Part shown: positions 50,720-61,500 of the stretch, piece by piece
How the letters are laid out: every line of letters begins with the position of its first letter
How positions within the stretch are numbered: the first letter of the stretch is position 1
Assembly: GCA_002269645.1 (NCBI GenBank)
Contig: NIVC01000557.1
Coordinates: 208,109 to 272,108 of the forward strand
Source of the DNA: Macrostomum lignano
Taxonomy: Eukaryota
Direction: 5' to 3'
Length of the DNA: 64,000 bases
Notes under the pieces: generated by a model
Database searches by the model: none
What the model saw: the letters and a program-made list of their open reading frames with translations, nothing else
Told to the model about the DNA's origin: nothing
Program-made: the position numbers and the translations under genes

Positions 50720-52437
50720 TAAAGACAGCACCTAATGGCCAGTTAGTGACAGCACTTAATGACCAGTCAGTGAGAGCACTCAATGACCAGTTAGTGACAG
50801 CACTCAATAAGCAGCCAGTGAGAGCACTTAATGACCAGTCAGTGAGAGCACTCAATGACCAGTTAGTGACAGCACTCAATGAGCAGCCAGTGAGAGCACT
50901 CAATGACCAGTTAGTGACAGCACTCAACGACCAGTTAGTGACAGCACTCAATGACCAGTTAGAGACAGCACTCAATGACTAGTTAGTGACAGCACTCAAC
51001 GACCAGTTAGTGACTGCACTCAATGACCAGTTAGTGACAGCACTCAATGACCAGTTAGTGACAGCACTCAATAAGCAGCCAGTGAGAGCACTTAATGACC
51101 AGTCAGTGAGAGCACTCAATGACCAGTTAGTTACAGCACTCAATGAGCAGCCAGTGAGAGCACTCAATGACCAGTTAGTGACAGCACTCAATGACCAGTT
51201 AGTGACAGCACTCAATGACCAGTTAGTGACATCACTCAATGACCAGTTAGTGACAGCACTCAACGACCAGTTAGTGACAGCACTCAATGACCAGTTAGTG
51301 ACAGCACTCAATGAGCAGTTAGTGACAGCACTCAATGACCAGTTAGTGACAGCACTCAATGACCAGTTAGTGACAGCACTCAATGACCAGTTAGTGACAG
51401 CACTCAACGACCAGTTAGTGACAGCACTCAATGACCAGTTAGGAGTTAGGACAGCAATCAATGACCAGTTAGTGACAGCACTCAATGAACAGTTAGTGAC
51501 AGCACTCACTGACCAGTTAGTGACAGCACTCAATGACCAGTTATTGACAGCACTCAATGATTAGTTAGTGACAGCACTCAATGACTAGTTGGTGACAGCA
51601 CTTAATGACCACTTAGTGACAGCACTTAATGACCACTTAGTGACAGCACTTAATGACCACTTAGTGACAGCACTTAATGACCAGTTAGGACAGCAATCAA
51701 TGACCAGTTAGTGACATCACTCAATGACCAGTTAGTGACAGCACTAAATGAATAGTTAGTGAGAGCACCTAATGACTAGTTAGTGACAGCACTCAATGAC
51801 CAGTTAGTGACAGCACTTAATGACTAGTTAGTGACAGCACTCAACGACCAGTTAGTGACATCACTCAATGACCAGTTAGTGACAGCACTCAATGACTAGT
51901 TAGTGACAGCACTCAATGACCAGTTAGTGACAGCACTCAATGACCAGTTAGTGACAGCACTCAATGACCATTTAGTGACAGCCCTCAATGGCCCGTTAGG
52001 ACAGCAATCAATTACCAGTTAGTAACAGCACTCAATGATTACTTAGTGACAGCACTCAATGACCAGTTTGTGACAGCAATCAATGACCAGTTATTGAGAG
52101 CACTCAATGACCAGTTAGTGACAGCACTCAATGATTAGTTAGTGACAGCACTCAATGACCAGTTTGTGACAGCAATCAATGACCAGTTATTGAGAGCACT
52201 CAATGACCAGTTAGTGACAGCACTCAATGACCAGTTAGTGACAGTATTTAATGACAGTTATTGAGAGCACTCAACGACCAGTTAGTGACAGCACTCAAAG
52301 ACTAGTTAGTGACAGCACTCAATGACTAGTTAATGACAGCACTTAATGACTAGTTAATGACAGCACTTAATGACCAGTTAGTGACAGCACTCAACGACCA
52401 GTTAGTGACAGCACTCAACGACCAGCTAGTGACACTA
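50720..52437. repeat. 24-bp VNTR after ZF paralogue 4 (~1.7 kb)
   Basis: Same unit; the longest array in the cluster. Confidence 0.95.
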
Positions 52438-52908
52438 GCTACACTATACTGCACTGTACTGCTAGACCAGCTTTTTACTTTGTGTTCCTGCCTAAGGTTT
52501 CCAATTGTTTCCCAATCATTTTATTGCTTACTGTAAAAGTACTCAGCAGTTAAACTTTTTCTTTGACTCCTTAACTTGCGTTGTAATTTTTTGCAATCAA
52601 GCGTTCTCTCGAAACTTTACTCCCCTGTATTTATAAATTACACTGGTGACATTGCGAACTTTAGTTGTTTTCTTTACTAATTGGTTTGTTTAAATGTTTT
52701 TTGTCTTGTTTTGACACTGCTTTTTTATTGGCTTAATAGGCCACGTAAACTGTTGAATGCAGAGCTCTGTTGTCGTAAGGCATTTGCTCAGGACATGGGC
52801 CTCTGTCATTAAATATTCAGTAAGTTCAGCAAGTTGGTCGAGTTTTTTTCAGCTGCAGCAGTTTTCGAAAAATTCGAAAGCGTGAGAAATTCGAAAAACC
52901 ACTAGGTA

Positions 52909-53611
52909 CGAGGGGTGTATGGAAAGTTCTGACGCTTTTACGCTCATAATCCCAAATCAAAAAACAGTGGCAGCTGCAGGCGCAACTTTGGTGTCATTTT
53001 AAAGCGGCACGTACATCTTTTGTTTCAATGAATTCAGTCGCGTGTATTTTATTCATTTCATTCAAAAGTTATGCGTGAAAAGCCATCACAATGCCACTGA
53101 GTCTTAAGTAAAAGGTGAAGTACGAGTGGCCAAAAGGGACGGAATTTTACGCTTTGGAGAATCAGAAAGACGAGGCAGAGCAGAGCAAAATTCTCATTTG
53201 ACATCGATTCATGGGTCAGATGTAGTGAGCCGGTGTACCGTCTACCGATGGGATCATTTGGAAGACAATTGTTCGGCGCATTCTCTCCCATGATGTTTCA
53301 GGACAATGCTACGAGCGTATCCTGATGCGATTGACGGAATGCTCAAGCGATGGGGAAAGTGTGTTGCTACAGGTAGAGACTATGTTGAGAAGGCTGACTT
53401 GAAGGTTGGTGATCATGATGAATGACTACAATTCGTTTCTTTGAGGACTTTTTCACGCATGACTTTTTAATGAAATGAATAAAATAAAAGCAACTAAATT
53501 CATTGGAAAGAAGAGATGTACCGCCTTATATTGACACCAAAGTTGTGCTTGCAGCTGCTACTGTTTTTGCTCTGGGATTAAAAGTGTCCAGAACTTCCCG
53601 GACACCCCACG
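52909..53611 (+). mobile_element. Internally deleted mariner (Tc1/mariner) element
   Basis: TA-flanked imperfect TIRs CGAGGGGTGTATGGAAAGTTCTG / CAGAACTTCCCGGACACCCCACG; transposase C-terminus AIDGMLKRWGKCVATGRDYVEK at ~53320-53395. Confidence 0.85.
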
Positions 53612-54059
53612 TAGTTCAAGAGCGTCTCATCGTCAAAATTTGTTGCTAGCCCACTTCCTCCAGCTCACAATTGCTCACTTTGAAATTCCAAAATTACGCG
53701 CCAAAATGACGTCATATTGCAGAAGTGCCAGGCACGCCATCGTTCGTCGAAAATTCCATTTTTATTATTGGCTTCTGATCACGGGACTAACCGCTATTGT
53801 ACCTAAAACAATTACGATTTTACACCATCTTGAGACTCCATTCAGTCCAAGTTCACGAAAAGCACCTCGATTCTAATCCGGGACGTACATGTACGCTCGT
53901 ACGTAAACTACTTTTGGTAACTATAAGTTGTGACTCCGTAGATAAAGCCTATCAGCTCCATTAGGAAGCTAAATATGATTTTCCCGTCTGCAGGAATGAA
54001 TCTGCGACAATATTAGCAAACGAGCTCCCAGCAGTTTCATCTCAACTACCTACCAATTA

Positions 54060-54453
54060 AAGCGATCAATCCTAGGATTTCTTGCGAGGCTATATGATCC
54101 TTTTGGCTTACTTTCACGGGTTCTCACACGCTAGCAAAATGTTTCCTACAGTAGTTTTATATTTGTAAGTGTCGTCGTCATGGGATGCGGAGGTCCCCGC
54201 CGACATTCTTCAAATATAGAATCAGTGGCTAATTCAACCACTTCGTGTACATTTGAAGTACTGCGCTTCCTCTTTCGATCTAAGCCGCTTCAAATCATTT
54301 TGCATGGATTCTGGGATGCCAGTGAAAAGGCTTGAAATGTCACAAAGCAACTATTTGTGCAAACACAGAGTTAGTGAAATTCCGCCGTCTCTCTCATCAC
54401 CTTCCGAATGGTTTCATGTGTCTGGGGAACACAACCCTATAGCTGCTGCATGA
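54060..54453 (+). mobile_element. Degenerate BEL/Pao LTR-retrotransposon pol fragment
   Basis: KRSILGFLARLYDPFG, WDAEVP and HRVSEI...EWFHVSGEHNP are BEL/Pao RNase H-region motifs, interrupted by stops and frameshifts. Confidence 0.78.
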
Positions 54454-55536
54454 TTTACCATAACCATCACTGGAGAAGATGGTTGACAACAATCTCTGGT
54501 TGCACGGGCTGTCCTGCTCGTCAACTGAGCTATAGCTAGTTGCAGAAGTTCATGCAGTCAGCTGCATGTCCGGACGAAGCTGTTCTCGACGGGAATACTA
54601 CTTCAGACGATCTTATCAAGCCAGCATAAAGCCAGCCGTCAGACAGCAGTGACTTCGAGCTTCCAGCTCCGAAATGAATTCTAAACAACGCGGGATTCAT
54701 CAATCAGGGACTATACTCTACTAAGACGGCGAAACTATGTTTCATAGAAAATGTTAGGGAGGCTGATTTTCGCCGAAAAATACACTATGGGGATATATAT
54801 ACACTACGTGTATTAACTCTCACTTTTTTATAATAAATTAATTGTCATCGCTTTCGATAGCTGAGGCAGACCATTTAATTGTTCATATTTTGAAATGTTT
54901 TGCCATGCAAATACCATATTTTGATATTTGTAACACAAGTTAGCTAAGAATGGTAAACTGATTCATAAAACTCATGAGTTGAGCCCTGTCATTTGAATGG
55001 TTTTTTACGCATAGAACATGTACGATTGCGCGTAGAATAAAATATCAAATGCTCGAAAATTAAAGTGCTAACTTAAAAATAATGCTTATTTTTCTGTTTA
55101 TTAATGAAAAAAATCAATTTTTAAAAAAAACGTGCTATAAAAACTCTTCTTTTAGTTGTAAATATGTTGGGTTGCAATAATTATACACTTGTTTTATTTT
55201 TACAAAAGCGTATATTCCTTTTTTAAGTTATCAATTTTGAACCATTTTTTTCTAATGTTAATGATATCTGAACCTAGCCTATAAAATCTGCACAGTTTTT
55301 CCAACTAATCAGCTCAAAATAATAACCTACTATGCTAATTTATTAAATGATTTATCTGCTTCTTTAAAGTGTACAGTATTTTATTGCAGCATACTGCCTG
55401 AACGATAGAAACAATGGATTGCTCCACTACTAGAGCCTACTAGTAATAGTACTGGGGGTAACTGGGCCAGTGATCCTATAAGTTATAACAACAGCACGAC
55501 AGTAAAAAACGCTAAAAACATAAACCAGACTGAGAA

Positions 55537-58500
55537 ATGGCGAGTTCAGCTGTTGTCACCAAAACAGCTAAATCTCCACGCATAAAGCGTAACAAACAAG
55601 AGACGGAATTTGAAAAATATCGACTGGAAGAAAAGTGGTCAACTATTCTTGATGTACTTAAAACTGCCAAAGTACCAAAATGTAAGCAGCTGTATCGAAT
55701 TTTTGTGTATATTTGTTCAAATTTTTATACTTAGACCAGAGGTAATGCCAAGATTTCTATTCTATATTAGCTACTTAGTTAAGGTTCCTGAATTCCTAGT
55801 TAAAAACAGTATTTTATAATAAAACTATAAATAGACATATTTTTATTCCTATACCATAAACATAGTCTAAGCCTCATTCTAGCGGACTAGCTTAAAGATA
55901 GGTGAAAGCATAGTGTTCTTAATACAATCTAGTCACTTTGCTTTAGTTTTAATAAAAAATTAATTTTGAAAATATATAATGGCAAAATGGTCTTATGACT
56001 ATGATATGCATATGCCTGATATTATACTTTTTTTCAATAAACTTTTGATATTTTATTAAGTTTCCTTGAAAATTGAAACATTAATAATTATATATTATAC
56101 TGGTATAACTAGTCACAATAGTATAACTAGTTATACTGTTCATATTACACTAGTAATATATGAGGGGTATCCAGAAAATAGTGTTACTTTTACCTGATGC
56201 AGACATTTTGTTAGCTGCACTGACATAAATTTGGTGTATATAAAAATGGCAAGTCTCTTCTTTAAAATGATTTTAACCATGATTGATTTGGACTTATATT
56301 ATAAAAATTGCACTTAAGTAGAGGGAGATCAGTCATAGACTTACAGAAGATCAAATATGAGTGGAACTGCTAAAATTAGCATTCTGCTCAATGGCAATCA
56401 ATATTTTTGGCATACATAAGTTGTTTTATAGTCAAATGTGGCACATTGAAAAGAAAATTGCTGAACTAGTTATATTGAAAAATCTTCACTGTTGCTCAAT
56501 TTTGATCCATCAATTGTCAAATAGATGTGCATTCAAAGACTAGGAAACAACATGGCATCTTTATACTTTGGAGCTCCAGGTATAAAGTAGCTGATCTTTA
56601 TAGGCAACATGGTAACCATTCCATCAGCACAATAACAGTGAACAAGTGGATGAACAAGTTTAGAGGTGAAAGAACTGATGTGAACTGGAACTAAACTGAT
56701 TAAAAGTCAGGATACCCTGAGATCCATGCCAGGGACGGCCTTGTCTTGCATCCATTCTTGATTTCATTGATAAAGACTGCTAAAGACTGATAAAGACCAA
56801 CAAAGCATCCACACAAAGCTAATAGACTAGATTGCTTAAAGTCCACAGTTTACAAGTGTCTACAGAAGATAATTCATATCAAGCTGAGTGCCTGTTGGGT
56901 TCCCTGGTGGCTCACTAAGGACTAGACATGAAGCTGGATCATCTGTACAAAAGACTTGTATCTAGGTTCTGTAAGTCTATGACTAATCTCCCTCTACTTA
57001 AGTGCACATATCTCTTAAAATACAAACCTAAATCGATTGCAGTTTAAGTCATTTTAAAAAAGAGACCTGCCATTTTAAAACAATGCCAAACTTGTGTCAA
57101 TGCAACTTACAAAATATCTGCTACAAGTAAAATTAAAGTAAAACCATTTTCTGGACATCCCTCATATAATTGATATACCCATTGTAAGTTAATTTAGCAA
57201 TTAGATCAATAAATAACCCTAAAAAAGCTGGAATTTTTTTGCAAATTGCAGTTGCTAAAAGTTAAATTTCAGTATCTGAGGGAAATAAATCTAAAGATCA
57301 GACAATCGTGGCACAAAAACTAAATGCACTTATTACTAAGTTACTAGAATTTAATAATAAGTAAACATTGGTAGCTAAATTTTTGAAGAATCATGCATGC
57401 AAGTATATAAAGTAGCCTATCTATCAGATATATAATCTATGGGGTGCACGTAGCCCTTGTCTCTATGGCAACTAAACAAAATCATGTCAAATGGCATTTA
57501 ATATAGAGCCAAAATAGGATTGCTAGGGTAGCACTCTTTTTGTTACTATTATGATAGGCATATTCTAAGCACTGAAGTTATATAAGCTATAATCTTAATT
57601 GTCTAGGGTAGTTGGTAGAAATTTTTGCTATTTGTAAATAACCCCCTAAGTTTCTGTGCTAAGGCTTTGTAAGTTTCTGTTTGCCAGGATCAATTGATCA
57701 ATATTATAATTTATCAAGTTAATAATCAATTAATGAGGGCTTTCACTACCCGCATCCTGTTTCTCAAGCTGACTTCATCCGCCTATGCGAAGTGGAAGCC
57801 CAACTAGAGAACTTCCTACTCAATGACTATGCTGGAGCAGATAGTGTCGTACCAACCGCCTATCAGGAGACTCTTCGATCAATATTTAACAGCGGCAGCG
57901 ATGATTTGGTTGTACACATCGACTCTGGATTGTTGCTAGCCAAAGCTTTGTACTATTCCAATCTGTACCAGAAGGCTCTGTCTGTGCTGGATGATTTGGC
58001 TCTGGATAGCCAGTCTGGCTGGTCAGCCGCTAGTAGAACAAGCCGCCTGCTCAGTGAGGGTTACGCTGTTCGAGGCATCTGCTTGGAGAAGGTGAGCTAT
58101 GTGGATGTTATTCTTGTTATATTGCGTATCTTGTTAGTTGAGTTTTTTGTAGTTTTTTAAACTATTGTTTTGTCTGTTACAGAACTGTCTGTAATTAAGC
58201 TGTCTGTTACAGAACTGTCTGTAATTAAGCTGTCTGTTACAGAACTGTCTGTAATTAAGCTGTCTGCTACAGAACTGTCTGTAATTAAGCTGTCTGTTAC
58301 AGAACTGTCTGTAATTAAGCTGTCTGTTACAGAACTGTCTGTAATTAAGCTGTCTGTTACAGAACTGTCTGTAATTTAACAGCGTGTTACAGAAGTGTCT
58401 GTTATTAAGCCTGTCTGTTACAGAACTCTGTCTGTTACAGAAGTGTCTGTTATTAAGTCTGTCTGTTACAGAACTCTGTCTGTAATTAAGCTGTCTGTTA

Positions 58501-61500
58501 CAGAACTGTCTGGATGCAATTAAGCTGTCTGTTAAAGAACTGTCTGTAATTAATCTGTCTGTTACAGAACCCTGTCTGTAATTAAACTGTCTGTAATTTA
58601 ACAGCGTGTTACAGAAGTGTCTGTTATTAAGCCTGTCTGTTACAGAACTCTGTCTGTAATTAAGCTGTCTGTTACAGAACTGTCTGTAATTTAACAGCGT
58701 GTTACAGAAGTGTCTGTAATTAAGCTGTCTGTTACAGAGCTCTCTCTGCAATTAAGCTCTCTGTTACAGAACTGTCTGTAATTAAGCTGTTTTTTACAGA
58801 ACTGTCTGCTATTAGGATGTATGTTACAGAGATCTCTTGCTCAATTGCCTATAACGGAACTGTGACCAGACTGTCCTGTCCCAATGCGTTAACTTAGGAC
58901 TAAAATCCGTTATAAATCCCTTCAATAATTACGCTTCCCATTCCCCAGGTGAGCCAGTCCCAGTCGCACGTTGTTCGCATCGGCCGACACGAGGAGGTGA
59001 TCGAATGCTACGAGCGGGCAGGCGACCTCTACATCCAGCACCTGCAGGAGTCCCAGGCTCAGGTGCTGGATAAGCGGACTGTCACCGTTAGCGAAGAGGT
59101 CGGGCACGCTCTACAGCAGTCGCCTATATTGCGGATGTCGCATGGCGATTTAACTGGAGCTATTCACCGGTTGAGACAGGTGCGCCGCTGTAGGCTTGGT
59201 TAATCGGGTTTAGGGTTGTCGCCTACAGCTTGATGTTGAAGTTACAGCCTCCAGCCAGCCTCCCAGATTACCCAGAATAAGCTACCAGTCTCCCAGATCC
59301 TCAGAGGAGCTACCAGCCTCCCAGATCCCCCAGATTAGGCTAACAGATCCCCCAGATTAAGCTACCAGCCTCTCAAATCCCCCTGATTAAGCTACCAGCC
59401 TAGCTCCCCGATTACCCAGAATAAGCTACCAGCCTCCCAGATCCTCAGAGGAGCTACCAGCCTCCCAGATCCCCCAGATTAAGCTACCAGATCCCCCAGA
59501 TTAAGCTACCAGCCTTCCAGATCCCCCAGGCCCCAAATTAAGCCACCAGCCTCCCAGATCTCCCAGATTAAGCTACCAGCCTCCGCAGCTCCCTCAGATT
59601 AAGCTACCAGCCTCCCCAGCTCCCCCAGATCCTCCAAATTAAGCTACCAGCCTCCCAGATCCCCCAGATTAAGCTATCAGCCTCCCAGATCTCCCATACG
59701 AAGCTACCAGCCTCCCATATCTCTCAGATTTGAGTTTGTACTTTTAAATTCGTTTTTGAATCGTTCCTCGAAGTGTCTCTTGATTAGGCGCTCTATCTGG
59801 CCACCCCTTGGCTCCCCCAGGTGCTCCGCTGTCACGAGACCAAGTGCAGCCGGTCGATCCGGCAGACGCTTTCCCGGCAGCTGGCGGAAATCTTGCTCCG
59901 CGGTGTCTCGCCAGAAACCTACCGCAAGCCGGAGCTGTCCAGAGCTCGCACAATCGGCGTCTATCAGCACTCAGGCGACGACCTGCTGGTGCCGGACTCG
60001 CCGCTGCAGGAGGCCATCCTGCTGCTGATGATCTCGGAGCTCATTGCCTTCCAACAGGCTGTGCTGTCACGTGACCAGGACACTCGCCTAGAAAGGAAAA
60101 TTGCTTTTGAAAACACTGTGGCGGTGTACGATTTACTCTGCGTAGCCCTGTCTAGGGTGGGGGCCTACGCTCAGTTGACTGAGATTCTTGAGCACGCTAT
60201 GAAATTTTCGTTTGGCGAATCGCACATCTGGCTGCAGTTCGGCTTGGCTTTGATCTCGGCTGGCAATTTGAGCAGGGGCTTGGCCGTGTTTCAGGTGAGC
60301 TTGCTGTAGTGTGATTGATTACTACTGCTAGTAATAGTAGTAGTAATAGTAGTAGTAGTCAGTATTCAGTAGTAGTAGTAGAAGGGGGTTGTAGCCTAGT
60401 GGTCAGAGCGTCGGACTCACGACTAAAAGGTCGGGGATTCGATTCTCGACCTACTCGGAACGATTTGTGTCCTTGAGCAAGACACTTAACTCTGCATTGC
60501 TTCAGTTCACCCAGCTGTAAAAGGGTGCCAGCATTAGCTGGGGGTAATTGAGGCTGTGTGTGGCGACCCCGAGTCCTTGGACTGAACAGCCGTACGCAGC
60601 CTTCAGATGCGCCGCGCAATAGCTGCGGCTGAGCTGTCGGTTGCACATCTGGCCCATTTGGGCCAGGTGTAGTCAATTATTAGTAGTAGTAGTAACTAAT
60701 ATTACATAGTACTTATACTACTATGAATGTTTGACTTCTGTGTTAACTCATATACTACTACCATGACGATTCGTACCAGTAGTTCAATGGGAATTTTAAA
60801 GGGAAACATTGAATTCCACAATAACCATGACTACTTACATCCGCTCGCTGTCGCTGCGCAGGAATGCTACCGCCTGGAAACCATGGACGGTCACTATTGC
60901 CTGCTGGCCGCGAAAGCCGCCTTTGAACTGCAACGCCTCGGCGAAGGCCTTCGCTGGGTTGAACGGGCCGGCAGCGTGCACCGGGCCGCGCTGTTTCGCG
61001 GAGTCGGCTGCCTACTAAAGGCGGCCGACAGTCGCAGCTTGGAAGAGCGTCGGGGTCACCTTGACGAAGGCGAGAAAGCTCTCCGGCTGGCGTGCGCCGA
61101 GGATCCAGCTGACTATTTGGCCTTCTATCACCTGGCTCTCTGTCTAGCCGAGCAGCGCAATCTTCAGGAGGCTCGGGCCACCGTTCTGCAAGCGTTGGAA
61201 TTGAATCCCGACCACACCGACTCGGCGCACCTGCTGGCTTTGGTGTATACCGGTCTGCGGCAGTGGGATGTGGCTCAGAAGGTTTGTCAATGCTTTTTGG
61301 TGTGTCGCCTAGCAACTTAATATTATCTCCTAGTCACCTAGCAACTGATGTGTTTTCTCTAGCTACCGATCTGTTTAGCCTAGCAACCGATCTATTTTAG
61401 CCTAACAACCAATCTGTTCTGCCTAGCAACCGATCTGTATTGCCTATCAACCAATCTGTTCTGCCTAGCAACCGATCTGTATTGCCTATCAACCGATTTG

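Noticed and set aside
37986-51564. VTALNDQL- and VTNWSLSA-repeat ORFs
   Set aside because: The 24-bp VNTR period is a multiple of 3, and stops occur randomly within the arrays.
60384-60456. Possible functional tRNA gene
   Set aside because: Anticodon and acceptor stems do not pair well, and the sequence continues into a SINE body and tail.
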